Part shown: piece by piece, positions 42,216 to 56,487 of the stretch
Layout: each line of letters opens with the position of its first letter
How positions within the stretch are numbered: position 1 is the first letter of the stretch
NCBI GenBank assembly: GCA_964016885.1
Contig: OZ024749.1
Location: 13,206,001-13,270,000 of the forward strand
Origin: Eledone cirrhosa
Taxonomy: Eukaryota
DNA: 64,000 nt
Direction of reading: 5' to 3'
Translations under genes and position numbers: made by a program
The notes under the pieces: model-generated
What the model saw: the letters and a program-made list of their open reading frames with translations, nothing else
The model's database searches: none
What the model was told of the DNA's origin: nothing

Positions 42216-42750
42216 CAGGCAACGGAGAAGGGTCCCAGCTTGATCCTGTCAACAAAAAGCTCCATACGCCTTAAATGCACAAGTCCCCGATATCCAAATG
42301 CCTAAATGTTAGCAGAGAGAGGACGTGGGGTGCGTCCCAGTAGGGCCGATTTAAACAGAGGTTAAGGACCGATTTAAACAGAGGTTAAGGGCCGATTTTA
42401 AGCAGAAGCAACTGAGATAAGTTTCAGCTAGATCCTATCAACAAAATCAACATAGGGTTTAAATACACAACAAGTCTCCGGTATTTAAATAGCTAAATGT
42501 CAGCAAAAACACACCCAGAAGTTATAAACTGGATGCGGCCCAACCCCCCTTAAAATGTAAGAATTTAAGAGTTGACTCAAACAGAGGCAACGGAGAGGAA
42601 TTCCAGCTAGATCTTGTCAACAAAATCTACAAATGGTTTAAATTTACAAATCTTCGGTATCTAAATGGCTAGTTGTCAGCAGAAGTGCTCCCAGAAGTCA
42701 TGGTCTGGATGCAGCCCGACCCCCTTAAAAATGCAAGAAGTTAGAGGCCG
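42216..42750. repeat. Three diverged tandem copies of a ~180-bp unit
   Basis: GCAAC.GAGA..CAGCT.GATC.T.TCAACAAAA recurs at ~42218, 42407 and 42586. Confidence 0.7.
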
Positions 42751-43500
42751 AAACACTTTCTGAAAACCTGCTGTCCAGCTCTTCCGAGAGTTTCTTACAA
42801 CTTGTACCTTTACTAGTGGACAGAACTTAATGAAAATTTCTAGTTTAAAAGTTTAAGACATTCATATTTATTGCTTTCCAGGAATGTCTCGTGGTTTCAT
42901 GTGTTTTGTTAATTCAAATATTTACTGATAGTTTAACCGACTCTTCATAATTGTTTCTGATTAGACACAAGACCAACAACATCCGATGAGGGGAAAGTCA
43001 ATTAAATCGACTACTGTGAATTACTGGTACTTTATTTTATTGACCCGAAATAATGAAAGACAAAGCTAACCTCGGCGGGATTTAAACTCAGAATGTAAAG
43101 GGCCGTAACTCTATGCTACAAAGCATGTCCGACGCCTAACGATATGGTTTCTGATTTAGACACAAGGCCAACAATATTCGAGGAAGGGAAAGTCAATTAA
43201 ATCGACTCCAGTACGTTACTGGTATTTTATTTTATCGACCCCGAAAAGACGAGAGGCAAAGCTAACCTCGGCGGGATATGAACTCAAAATCAACCGTTAA
43301 TAATTGTTTATACTTTATGCACAAGGCCAGCAATTTGAAGGAGACGGGAAAGACGATTAAATCGACCCCAGTACGTTACTGGTACTTTATTTATTCGACC
43401 CTGTAACGATGAGAGGCAAAGTTAACCTCAGCGGGATTTGAACTCAAAATCAACCTCAAATAATGGTTTTTGATATAGGTACAATTCTGGGGGGGGGGGG

Positions 43501-43590
43501 CGTCGTCATGGTCGTCTCCAACGTCGTCATGGTCGTCTCCAACGTCGTCATGGTCGTCTCCAACGTCGTCATGGTCGTCTCCAACGTCGT
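43501..43590. repeat. 21-bp tandem repeat, about 4 copies
   Basis: CGTCGTCATGGTCGTCTCCAA. Confidence 0.9.
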
Positions 43591-43625
<35 letters not shown>

Positions 43626-43706
43626 GGTTAGTGTATGTTGTTAGTTACGTCCTGCCAATCTTTGGACAATTAACTTTGACCAAAACAAACATTGTATTAT
43701 GTTGGC

Positions 43707-43869
<163 letters not shown>

Positions 43870-44366
43870 GGGAGAGAGGGAGAGAAGGAGAGAGAGAGAG
43901 AAGGAGAGAGAGAGAGAGGGGGAGAGAGGGAGAGAGGGAGAGAAGGAGCGAGAGAGAGAGAAGGAGCGAGAGAGAGAGACGGAGTGAGAGAGAGAGGAGT
44001 GAGAGAGAGAGGAGTGAGAGAGAGAGAGGAGTGAGAGAGAGAAGGAGTGAGGGAGAGAAGGAGAGAAGGTGTGAGAGAGGGAGAGAAGGAGTGAGAGGGA
44101 GAGAAGGAGTGAGAGGGAGAGAAAGAGTGAGAGGGAGAGAATGAGTGAGAGATGCACAGAGAGGGAGAGAGGAAGAGAGAAAACAAATACATTCGATAAC
44201 AATTAGTTGAAATAACTTAAACCTTAATTATATTTCTACTAATTAGCTGTCATCAATGGCTATTATTTTCAGCACTATTTGTTACCTGGTGTTAGGACTG
44301 GCCGAATCGGTAGAGCACCGCTCAAAATGTTTTCTGGTATTTAATTTGATATATGTCCGTTCTGTA

Positions 44367-44770
44367 GAATTACCTCCCACCCTCATTACAGAATTACCTC
44401 CCACCCTCATTACAGAATTACCTCCCACCCTCATTACAGAATTACCTCCCACCCTCACTACAGAATTACCTCCCACCCTCATTACAGAATTACCTCCCAC
44501 CCTCACTACAGAGTTACCTCCCACCCTCACTACAGAATTACCTCCCACCCTCACTACAGAATTACCTCCCACCCTCATTACAGAATTACCTCCCACCCTC
44601 ATTACAGAATTACCTCCCACCCTCACTACAGAGTTACCTCCCACCCTCACTACAGAATTACTTCCCACCCTCACTACAGAATTACCTCCCACCCTCATTA
44701 CAGAATTACCTCCCACCCTCACTATAGAGTTACTTCCCACCCTCACTACAGAATTACCTCCCACCCTCAT
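44367..44770. repeat. 24-bp minisatellite, about 17 copies
   Basis: GAATTACCTCCCACCCTCAYTACA; source of the ELPPTLIT ORF. Confidence 0.95.
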
Positions 44771-45393
44771 CCCGAAGGTGACTTTCTTTTTTTTTTCATC
44801 CTTCTATAAAAGATGAAAGGTAACGCTAACCTCGGTGGGATTTGAACTCAGAACGTAAAGAGCTGTAACTCTGTGCTAAAAAATGGTGTCCAACGCTCTA
44901 TAGATATGGTTTCTGATTTAGACAAAAGGCCAACAATCTTAGAGAAGGGGAAAGTCGATTAAATTGACCCAGTGCATTACTGGTACTATATTTTATTAAG
45001 CCTCTAACGATGAAAAGCAAAGCTAACCTCAGCGGGATTTGAACTCAAAATCAACCTCTAATAATTGTTTCTACTTTTGGCACAAGGCCAGCAATTATCC
45101 CAGTGTATTACTGGTACTTTATTTTATCGACCCCGTAAGGATGAAAGGTAAATAATGACTTTTGATTTAGGTACAATTTCGAGGGGAGGGGAAAGTCTGT
45201 TCAATCGACCCCAGTGCGTTGTCATGGTCGTCGTCGTAGTAGTAGTTCGATACAATGTAATACCAGTTATATACTGGGTCGGTTTAATCGACTATACCAG
45301 TGGCTTCTACCCAGGGCTACGTTAGTTAAGTTCAAAATTCCGAGTACATTCGTAAAAAAAAAAAGAAGAAAAAAATGTAATATATGCATAATA

Positions 45394-45495
45394 TATCCGC
45401 CAGGTGGCGTGGCTTTTCCAGCCCGTCTCCCTCGCCGTCTTCCGTTGCAACCATTCTCCATCTTGTCGGCTGGGACCCAGAAGCGGAAGGTAAGT
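45394..45495 (+). promoter_or_regulatory. GC-rich island: CTCF-like site, TCT/TOP-like start and strong splice donor (candidate non-coding first exon)
   Basis: CCGCCAGGTGGCG, CTTTTCC at 45413, CCATCTT, and GGAAG|GTAAGT at 45489/45490. Confidence 0.4.
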
Positions 45496-45844
45496 TGATA
45501 GCGGGGGATACTCGTTCGAACATCACTTTCACACGTGTATTGAGTGCCCTTTTTAATCTATTCATTTCATATATATATAGAGAGAGAGAAACTACTGGGT
45601 ATATATTCGTCTCTATATATAAACAGTTGTCTTTTTGAATGGCATTATCACTATATAATAATTTGAAGTTGCTCGTGAGGGTGCTTGGCTGTTCCAGTGA
45701 ATCAGCCTCGCCATCACCCGAGGTAACGCTGCCAACGTACTGGCTTACCTCAAAAATTATTAGAGAGGTTTTCCAGTGCTCCTCGCGATAATGTTATTTT
45801 TTGTTCTGGCAGTGGTTCATTTGTCCACCCCTTTCACCTGCCTT

Positions 45845-48800
45845 TTGTTGTATGTGGTCCTAGATGTGTGTATTGCCTACTGGTGTGTTGTATGTGGTTC
45901 TAGATGTGTGTATTACCTACTGGTGTGTTGTATGTGGTCCTAGATGTATGTCTATTACCTGCTGGTGTGTTGTATGTGGTCCTAGATGTGTGTATTACCT
46001 ACTGGTGTGTTGTATGTGGTCCTAGATGGGTGTTATACCTGCTGGTGTATTACATGTGGTCCTAGATGTGTGTACTACCTGCTGGTGTATTACATGTGGT
46101 CCTAGATGTGTGTATTACCTGCTGGTGTGTTGTATGTGGTCCTAGATGTATGTATTACATGCTGGTGTGTTGTATATGGTCCTAGATGTATGTCTTACCT
46201 GCTGGTGTGTTGTATGTGGTCCTAGATGTATGTATTACCTGCTGGTGTGTTGTATATGGTCCTAGATGTATGTATTACCTGCTGGTGTGTTGTATGTGGT
46301 CCTAGATGTGTGTATTACCTGCTGGTTTGTTGTATGTGGTCCTACATGTGTGTATTACCTGCTGGTTTGTTGTATGTGGTCCTACATGTGTGTATTACCT
46401 GCTGGTGTGTTGTATGTGGTCCTAGATATGATTATTACCTGCTGGTGTGTTGTATGTGGTCCTACATGTGTGTATTACCTGCTGGTGTGTTGTATGTGGT
46501 CCTAGATGAGTGTATTACCTGCTGGTGTGTTGTATGTGGTCCTAGATGTATGTATTACCTGCTGGTGTGTTGTATGTGGTCCTACATGTGTGTATTACCT
46601 GCTGGTGTGTTGTATGTGGTCCTAGATGGGTGTATTACCTGCTGGTGTGTTGTATGTGGTCCTACATGTATGTATTACCTGCTGGTGTGTTGTATCTGGT
46701 CCTACATGTGTGTATTACCTGCTGGTGTGTTGTATGTGGTCCTAGATGTGATTATTACCTGCTGGTGTGTTGTATGTGGTCCTAGATGGGTGTATTACCT
46801 GCTGGTGTGTTGTATGTGGTCCTAGATGGGTGTATTACCTGCTGGTGTGTTGTATGTGGTCCTAGATGTATGTATTACCTGCTGGTGTGTTGTATGTGGT
46901 CCTACACGTGTGTATTATCTGCTGGTGTGTTGTATGTGGTCCTAGATGGGTGTATTACCTGCTGGGGTGTTGTATGTGGTCCTAGATGTATGTATTACCT
47001 GCTGGTGTGTTGTATGTGGTCCTACATGTGTGTATTACCTGCTGGTGTGTTGTATGTGGTCCTACATGTGTGTATTACCTGCTGGTGTGTTGTATGTGGT
47101 CCTAGATGTGTGTATTACCTGCTGGTGTGTTGTATGTGGTCCTAGATGTGTGTATTACCTGCTGGTGTGTTGTATGTGGTCCTAGATGTGTGTATTACCT
47201 GCTGGTGTGTTGTATGTGGTCCTACATGTGTGTATTACCTGCTGGTGTGTTGTATGTGGTCCTAGATGGGTGTATTACCTGCTGGGGTGTTGTCTCTGTT
47301 CCTACATGTGTGTATTACCTGCTGGTGTGTTGTATCTGGTCCTACATGTGTGTATTACCTGCTGGTGTGTTGTATGTGGTCCTAGATGTGTGTATTACCT
47401 GCTCGTGTGTTGTATGTGGTCCTAGATGTGTGTATTACCTGCTGGTGTGTTGTATGTGGTCCTACATGTGTGTATTACCTGCTGGTGTGTTGTATGTGGT
47501 CCTAGATGGGTGTATTACCTGCTGGGATGTTGTCTCTGTTCCTACATGTGTGTATTACCTGCTGGTGTGTTGTATCTGGTCCTACATGTGTGTATTACCT
47601 GCTGGTGTGTTGTATGTGGTCCTAGATGTGTGTATTACCTGCTCGTGTGTTGTATGTGGTCCTAGATGTATGTATTACCTATTGGTGTGTTGTATGTGGT
47701 CCTACATGTGTGTATTACATGCTGGTGTGTTGTATGTGGTCATAGATGTATGTATTACCTATTGGTGTGTTGTATGTGGTCCTAGATGTGTGTCTATTAC
47801 CTGCTGGTTTGTTGTATGTGGTCCTAGATGTGTGTCTATTACCTGCTGGTTTGTTGTATGTGGTCCTAGATGTATGTATTACCTGCTGGTGTGTTGTATG
47901 TGGTCCTACATGTATATATTACCTGCTGATGTGTTGTATGTGGTCTTACATGTGTGTATTACCTGCTGATGTGTTGTATGTGGTCCTAGATGGGTGTATT
48001 ACCTGCTGGTGTGTTGTATGTGGTCCTTGATGGGTGTATTACCTGATGGTGTGTTGTATGTGGTCCTAGATGGGTGTATTACCTGCTGGCGTGTTGTATC
48101 TGGTCCTACATGTGTGTATTACCTGCTGGTGTGTTGTATGTGGTCCTACATGTGTGCATTACCTACTGGTGTGTTGTATGTGGTCCTAGGTGGGTGTATT
48201 ACCTGCTGGTGTATTACATTTGGTCCTAGATATGTGTACTACCTGCTGGTGTATTACATGTGGTCCTACATGTGTGTACTACCTGCTGGTGTGTTGTATG
48301 TGGTCCTAGATGTATGTATTACCTGCTGGTGTGTTGTATATGGTCCTAGATGTATGTATTACCTGCTGGTGTGTTGTATGTGGTCCTAGATGTATGTATT
48401 ACCTGCTGGTGTGTTGTATATGGTCCTAGATGTATGTATTACCTGCTGGTGTGTTGTATGTGGTCCTAGATGTGTGTATTACCTGCTGGTTTGTTGTATG
48501 TGGTCCTACATGTGTGTATTACCTGCTGGTGTGTTGTATGTGGTCCTACATGTGTGTATTACCTGCTGGTGTGTTGTATGTGGTCCTAGATGTGATTATT
48601 ACCTGTTGGTGTGTTGTATGTGGTCCTATATGTGTGTATTACCTGCTAGTGTGTTGTATGTGGTCCTAGATGGGTGTATTACCTGCTGGTGTGTTGTATG
48701 TGGTCCTACATGCGTGTATTACCCGCTGGTGTCTTGTATGTGGTCCTAGATGTGTGTATTACCTGTTGGTGTGTTGTATGTGGTCCTACATGTGTGTATT

Positions 48801-50810
48801 ACCTGCTGGTGTGTTGTATGTGGTCCTAGATGTGTGTATTACCTGCTGGTGTGTTGTATGTGGTCCTAGATGGGTGTATTACCTGCTGGTGTGTTGTATG
48901 TGGTCCTAGATGTATGTATTACCTGCTGGTGTGTTGTATGTGGTCCTACATGTGTGTATTACCTGCTGGTGTGTTGTATGTGGTCCTAGATGGGTGTATT
49001 ACCTGCTGGTGTGTTGTATGTGGTCCTAGATGTATGTATTTCCTGCTGGTGTGTTGTATGTGGTCCTACATGTGTGTATTACCTGCCGGTGTGTTGTATG
49101 TGGTCCTAGATGGGTGTATTACCTGCTTGTGTGTTGTATGTGGTCCTAGATGTATGTATTACCTGCTGTTGTGTTGTATGTGGTCCTACATGTGTGTATT
49201 ACCTGCTGGTATGTTGTATGTGGTCCTACATGTGTGTATTACCTGGTGATGTGTTGTATGTGGTCCTAGATGTGTGTATTACCTGCTGGTGTGTTGTATG
49301 TGGTCCTACATGTGTGTATTACCTGCTGGTGTGTTGTATGTGGTCCTAGATGTGTGTATTACCTGCTGGTGTGTTGTATGTGGTCCTAGATGGGTGTATT
49401 ACCTGCTGGGGTGTTGTATCTGGTCCTATATGTGTGTATTACCTGCTGGTGTGTTGTATCTGGTCCTACATGTGTGTATTACCTGCTGGTGTGTTGTATG
49501 TGGTCCTAGATGTGTGTATTACCTGCTGGTGTGTTGTATGTGGTCCTAGATGTATGTATTACCTGCTGGTGTGTCGTATGTGGTCCTAGATGTATGTATT
49601 ACCTGCTGGTGTGTTGTATGTGGTCCTACATGTATGTATTACCTGCTGGTGTGTTGTATCTGGTCCTACATGTGTGTATTACCTGCTGGTGTGTTGTATG
49701 TGGTCCTAGATGTGATTATTACCTGCTGGTGTGTTGTATGTGGTCCTAGATGTGTGTATTACCTGCTGGTGTGTTGTATGTGGTCCTAGATGGGTGTATT
49801 ACCTGCTGGTGTGTTGTATGTGGTCCTAGATGTGTGTATTACCTGCTGGTGTGTTGTATGTGGTCCTAGATGGGTGTATTACCTGCTGGTGTGTTGTATG
49901 TGGTCCTAGATGTATATATTACCTGCTGGTGTGTTGTATGTGGTCCTACATGTGTGTATTACCTGCTGGTGTGTTGTATGTGGTCCTAGATGGGTGTATT
50001 ACCTGCTTGTGTGTTGTATGTGGTCCCAGTTGTATGTATTACCTGCTGGTGTGTTGTATGTGGTCCTAGATGGGTGTATTACCTGCTGGTGTGTTGTATG
50101 TGGTCCTAGATGTATGTATTACCTATTGGTGTGTTGTATGTGGTCCTAGATGTGTGTATTACCTGCTGGTGTGTTGTACGTGGTCCTAGATGTGTGTATT
50201 ACCTTCCTGGTGTGTTGTATGTGGTCCTAGATGTGTGTATTACCTGCTGGTGTGTTGTATGTGGTCCTAGATGTATGTATTACCTGCTGGTGTGTTGTAT
50301 GTGGTCCTAGATGTGTGTATTACTTGCTGGTGTGTTGTATGTGGTCCTAGATGGGTGTATTACCTGCTGGTGTGTTGTATGTGGTCCTAGATGTGTGTAT
50401 TACCTGCTGGTGTGTTGTATGTGGTCCTAGATGTGTGTATTACTTGCTGGTGTGTTGTATGTGGTCCTAGATGGGTGTATTACCTGCTGGTGTGTTGTAT
50501 GTGGTCCTAGATGGGTGTATTACCTGCTGGTGTGTTGTATGTGGTCCTAGATGTGTGTATTACCTGCTGGTGTGTTGTATGTGGTCCTAGATGTGTGTAT
50601 TACCTGCTGGTGTGATGTATGTGGTCCTAGATGTGTGTATTACCTGCTGGTGTGTTGTATGTGGTCCTAGATGTGTGTATTACCTGCTGGTGTGTTGTAT
50701 GTGGTCCTAGATGTGTGTATTACCTGCTGGTGTATTGTATGTGGTCCTAGATGTGTGTATTGCCTACTGGTGTGTTGTATGTGGACCTAGATGTGTGTAT
50801 TACCTGCCGG
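45845..50810. repeat. 40-bp minisatellite, about 124 copies
   Basis: Consensus TGTTGTATGTGGTCCTAGATGTGTGTATTACCTGCTGGTG, head-to-tail with no spacers. Confidence 0.97.
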
Positions 50811-51661
50811 TCTGTTTTTGCTTTTCCTTTTCTTTCTTTTTTTTCTTTTTATTTGTAATATTATGATTTCGGTTATGTTGGCAAATTATGGTGTTTTAAA
50901 CTCTAATTTCAAATTCTTAGTTAAAAACCATAATATAGACACACTATTAGGTATTCATTCTTCTATGAGTATAAACAATTCTCTCTTATACGTGTTATCC
51001 CTGTATCACAATTTTAAGTACTTGGTTATAAACATGAAATATACTCACTATTGTGTATATATTCTTCTCCAAATATAAATATACCTTTCTTTTTATTGTT
51101 ATTGTCACTGTATAATGATTTCAATTACTTAGTTAAAAACACAATATATAATCACACTTTGGTATATATTCTTCTCTAAATATAAACATTTTTCTCTTGC
51201 AATAGATATTATTCTCACCGGATAACAATTTTAAGTCCTTAAACTCTGAAGAAGGGAATTTTAGGTCCCGAAATATTTGGACAGAAGGAAGAACATCAAC
51301 AACAAAAACAAAACAAAGATTAGCCGGTAAGTTACTCTTTCGTTACCTCACCCTACACTCGAGTTTGCATTGTTTAGCTTTCTATCTCTTTCCACATTAT
51401 ATATCATATACAATGCTTCAAGCAAACAACATTTAAGTACTTAGCTTAAAACCTGATACACACACTACTGGGTATCTAGTCTTATCTAAGTATAAATATT
51501 TCTCTTTATTATTGTTATTTTAAATGTATAGTAAATTAGGGGAAGGAAAAATACAGTGAAGTGGTCCATGGGAAAATATATTTAAATAATAGTATTCCTT
51601 GGTAATGAAAATGGTGGGAACCACTGGACTATACCCTCTCCCTACGTATGTGACCTTGTTG

Positions 51662-51856
51662 AAGCTGGGATAAGGTCAATTCATGCCATCATCACACTAA
51701 CAATGCTATCCCCTCCACCCTTTCATTGTCTAAATAACAACGCATTCAGACATACATTGAGAATGTCTGAATGCGTTGTTATTTAGACAATGAAAGGGCT
51801 GGAGGAGGATAGCATTGTTAGTGTGATGATGGCATGAATTGACCTTATCACAGCTT
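51662..51856. repeat. Inverted repeat with ~90-bp arms and a ~9-nt loop
   Basis: GATAAGGTCAATTCATGCC..CAGACAT and ATGTCTG..GGCATGAATTGACCTTATC. Confidence 0.85.
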
Positions 51857-51966
51857 TACACAAGGCCAACATTTGTAAGGGAGAGGAAACTTGATTAAGT
51901 CGACCCCAGTGTGTTACTGGTATTGTAACTTATCGACTCCGGTGGGATTTAAATTCAGGTAAAGTG

Positions 51967-54900
51967 GTAGATGTAGTAGTGTGGTGGTTGTAGTGGTGTG
52001 GTGGCTGTAGTAGTGTGGTGGTTGTAGTGGTGTGGTGGTTGTAGTAGTGTGGTGGTTGTAGTGGTGTGGTGGTTGTAATAGTGTGGTGGCTTTAGTGGTG
52101 TGGTGGCTTTAGTGGTGTGGTGGTTGTAGTAGTGTGGTGGTTGTAGTAGTGTGGTGGCTGTAGTGGTGTGGTGGTTGTAATAGTGTGGTGGTTGTAGTGG
52201 TATGGTTGTTGTAGTGGTATGGTTGTTGTAGTGGTGTGGTGATTGTAGTGGTGTGGTGGTTGTAGTGGTGTGGTGGCTGTAGTAGTGTGGTGGCTGTAGT
52301 AGTGTGGTGGCTGTAGTAGTGTGGTGGTTGTAGTGGTGGTTGTAATAGTGTGGTGGCTTTAGTGGTGTGGTGGTTGTAGTAGTGTGGTGGTTGTAGTGGT
52401 GTGGTGGCTGTAGTAGTGTGGTGGTTGTAGTGGTGTGGTGGCTGTAGTAGTGTGGTGGTTGTAGTGGTGTGGTGGTTGTAGTAGTGTGGTGGTTGTAGTG
52501 GTGTGGTTGTTGTAGTAGTGTGGTTGTTGTAGTGGTATGGTTGTTGTAGTGGTGTGGTGATTGTAGTGGTGTGGTTGTTGTAGTAGTGTGGTGGTTGTAG
52601 TGGTGTGGTGGTTGTAGTAGTGTGGTGATTGTAGTGGTGTGGTGGTTGTAGTATTGTGGTGGTTGTAGTGGTGTGGTGGTTGTTGTAGTGTGGTGATTGT
52701 AGTGGTTTGGTGGTTGTAGTGGTGTGGTAGATGTAGCAGTGTGGTGGTTGTAGTGGTGTGGTGGCTGTAGTAGTGTGGTGGTTGTAGTGGTGTGGTGGCT
52801 GTAGTAGTGTGGTGGCTTTAGTGGTGTGGTGGTTGTAGTAGTTTGGTGGTTGTAGTGGTGTGGTGGTTGTAGTAGTGTGGTGGTTGTAGTGGTGTGGTTG
52901 TTGTAGTAGTGTGGTGGTTGTAGTGGTATGGTTGTTGTAGTGGTGTGGTGATTGTAGTGGTGTGGTTGTTGTAGTAGTGTGGTGGTTGTAGTGGTGTGGT
53001 GGTTGTAGTAGTGTGGTGATTGTAGTGGTGTGGTGGTTGTAGTGGTGTGGTGGTTGTAGTGGTGTGGTTGTTGTAGTAGTGTGGTGGTTGTAGTGGTATG
53101 GTTGTTGTAGTGGTGTGGTGATTGTAGTGGTGTGGTTGTTGTAGTAGTGTGGTGGTTGTAGTGGTGTGGTGGTTGTAGTAGTGTGGTGATTGTAGTGGTG
53201 TGGTGGTTGTAGTAGTGTGGTGGTTGTAGTGGTGTGGTGGTTGTAGTAGTGTGGTGGTTGTAGTGGTGTGGTTGTTGTAGTGGTGTGGTGGTATCTGAAG
53301 TGGTGTGGAGGTTGTAGTGGTGTGGTGGTATCTGAAGTGGTGTGGTGGCTGTAGTAGTGCGGTGGCTGTAGTAGTGTTGTGATTGTAGTGGTGTGGTATC
53401 TGTAGTGGTGTGGTGGTTGTAGTGGTGTGGTGGCTGTAGTAGTGTGGTGGTTGTAGTGGTGTGGTGGTTGCAGTAGTGTGGTGGTTGTAGTGGTGTGGTG
53501 GTAAATGTTGTGGTAGCTGTAGTAGTGTTGTGGTAGCTCTGGTGGTAAAAATCATATATTGGTACATGTAATCAAATAACAGTACCTGTTGTTGTGGTAG
53601 TGGTACTATACTTGCTGATTGTTCGTGTAGTACTTTGGTGGTATCTGTAGTGGTATGGTAGTGGTTGTACTATTTGAACTGTAATGCTATAATAGTACCT
53701 GTTGCGCATGTTGTAGTGGTATGTTGATAGCTGTAGTGGTATGGTAGTACGTGTTGTGGTAGCTGTAGTGGTATGGTAGTACCTGTTGTGCATGTTGTAG
53801 TGGTACGTTGATAGCTGTAGTGGTATGGTAGTACATGTTGTGGTAGCTGTAGTGGTATGTTGATAGCTGTAGTGGTATGGTAGTACGTGTTGTGGTAGCT
53901 GTAGTGGTATGGTAGTACGTGTTGTGCAAGTTGTAGTGGTATGTTGATAGCTGTTGTGGTATGGTAGTACGTGTTGTGGTAGCTGTTGTGGTATGGTAGT
54001 ACGTGTTGTGGTAGCTGTAGTGGTATGGTAGTACGTGTTGTGCATGTTGTAGTGGTATGTTGATAGCTGTAGTGGTATGGTAGTACGTGTTGTGCATGTT
54101 GTAGTGGTATGTTGATAGCTGTTGTGGTATGGTAGTACGCGTTGTGGTAGCTGTAGTTGTATGGTAGTACGTGTTGTGCAAGTTGTAGTGGTATGTTGAT
54201 AGCTGTAGTGGTATGGTAGTACGTGTTTGTGGTAGCTGTAGTGGTATGGTGGTAACTGTGGTGGTACTGTAGTGGAGTGACAGTACCTGTTGTGGTACTG
54301 TAGTGGTATGGTGGTAACTGTGGTGGTAATGTAGTGGTATGGTGGTAACTGTTGTGGTAGTTGTAGTGGTATGGTAGTTTTGGTGGTATGTTGGTAACTA
54401 TTATGGTACTGTAGTGGTATGGTGGTAATGTGGTAGTTGTAGTGGTATCGTGGTACTGTAGTGGTATGGTGGTAACTGTTGTGGTAGTTATAGTGGTATG
54501 GTGGTAACTGTGGTGGAACTGTAGTGGTGTGACAGTACCTGTTGTGGTAGTTGTAGTGGTATGGTGGTAACTGTGGTGGAACTGTAGTGGTGTGACAGTA
54601 CCTGTTGTGGTAGTTGTAGTGGTATGGTGGTAACTGTGGTGGAACTGTAGTGGTGTGACAGTACCTGTTGTGGTAGTTGTAGTGGTATGGTGGTAACTGT
54701 GGTGAAACTGTAGTGGTGTGACAGTACCTGTTGTGGTAGTTGTAGTGGTATGGTGGTAACTGTGGTGGAACTGTAGTGGTGTGACAGTACCTGTTGTGGT
54801 AGTTGTAGTGGTATGGTGGTAACTGTGGTGGAACTGTAGTGGTGTAACAGTAACTGTTGTGGTAGTTGTAGTGGTATGGTGGTAACTGTGGTGGAACTGT

Positions 54901-55085
54901 AGTGGTGTAACAGTAACTGTTGTGGTAGTTGTAGTGGTATGGTGGTAACTGTGGTGGTACTGTAGTGGTGTGACAGTACCTGTTGTGGTAGTTGTAGTGG
55001 TATGGTAGTAACTGCTGTTGTGGTAGTGACAGTATTAGTGTGTTGGTAACTGTAGTGGTGTGGTGGTACCTGTTAGAGTGGTAGT
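51967..55085. repeat. GT-rich minisatellites: a 17-bp unit (51967-53540) grading into longer units, including a 63-bp unit (54480-55000)
   Basis: GTAGTRGTGTGGTGGTT; GACAGTACCT recurs at 54531 and 54594. Confidence 0.93.
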
Positions 55086-55087
55086 AC

Positions 55088-55204
55088 CTGTGAATAACAG
55101 CCAATCAGCGGAGGTGTATCCACTTGACATAGATTCTATATAAGGATATATCCAAAGTTCACACTCCGTTGAACAATAACCTGCTATACTATAAAGAGCA
55201 TAAA
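55088..55204 (-). CDS. Candidate 117-nt phase 1-1 internal exon of an unidentified host gene
   Basis: ttttttcag|TTTATG...TTCACAG|gtacta; open frame YALYSIAGYCSTECELWIYPYIESMSSGYTSADWLLFT in a unique island between repeats. Confidence 0.35.
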
Positions 55205-55213
55205 CTGAAAAAA

Positions 55214-55281
<68 letters not shown>

Positions 55282-55390
55282 AGCAATGAGTTATTTAATT
55301 TGTTGGTTATTCAACAAAATTAGTTTATAACAGAACTTAAAACGATAAGTTCTTGTTTTGAATATGTCACTATCTGTAAAACAACTTTTA

Positions 55391-55454
55391 TATTTTATCT
55401 GATGAGTGCGTACCAAAAAACTTTTGGTACCCTTGAAATATATATAATAAAATA
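55391..55454 (+). ncRNA. Type I hammerhead
   Basis: TATTTTAT-CTGATGA-gtgcGTACCAAAA aac TTTTGGTACcctt-GAAA-TATATA-TA/ATAAAATA. Confidence 0.75.
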
Positions 55455-55585
55455 AATATGGTTTATAAAGATAGTTTCCATTTATTAATACTTTTGATAT
55501 ATATATATATATATTAATATATATAAACATATATATGTGGGTGTGTGTATGTATGTAAAAATTAATACATATATGTGAGCATGTA

Positions 55586-55709
<124 letters not shown>

Positions 55710-55784
55710 AATAAAATTAGAATTTTATTCTAGCACAGCTGATACATAAATGTAAGTATGCACACATACACAGATATATACATG

Positions 55785-55864
<80 letters not shown>

Positions 55865-56256
55865 TACATATACACGTATGGGATATATGGGATATATCGA
55901 ACATTAATAATAATTGTTTCTACTTTGGGCACAAGGCCAGCAATTATCCCAGTGTATTACTGGTGCTTTATTTTATCGACCCCGTAAGGATGAAAGGCAA
56001 AGTTAACCTCGGCGGGATTTCAACTCAGATCGTAAAGGGACGTAACTATGCTGGAAAGCATGTCTGACCCTCTACCGATACTGCCAATTCACCGCTATTC
56101 ACCATTAATAATAATTGTTTCTACTTTTGGCACAAGGCCAGCAATTACTCAGTACATTACTGGTACTTTTTTATCGACCCCGTAAGGATGAAAGGCAAAG
56201 TTGACCTCGGCGGGACTTGAACTCTGAATAATGTTATATATATATAAGTATGTTAG

Positions 56257-56366
<110 letters not shown>

Positions 56367-56450
56367 AAAGGTAAACACAAATAACAACACAATCGGTACA
56401 GTATATGGAAGAGATATATTAGGTTAACGCTTGATATAGCAGGAAGAGGG

Positions 56451-56487
56451 TATTTACGTTTCGGACGCTAGTCCTTCATCAGAAGAA
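56451..56487 (-). ncRNA. Minimal hammerhead (family of 11136-11171)
   Basis: TCTT-CTGATGA-aGGAC tagc GTCC-GAAA-CG-TA/AATA. Confidence 0.65.

Noticed and set aside
45845-50810. CRISPR-like array or Cys-rich repeat proteins
   Set aside because: Head-to-tail 40-bp units with no unique spacers; the ORFs cycle through frames with regular stops.
51244-51280. CTGAAGA-aGGGA..TCCC-GAAATATT hammerhead core
   Set aside because: No stem I pairing found; at best a decayed copy.
52818-55104. 510-aa and 249-aa His/Thr/Tyr-rich ORFs
   Set aside because: Translations of 17- to 63-bp minisatellites.
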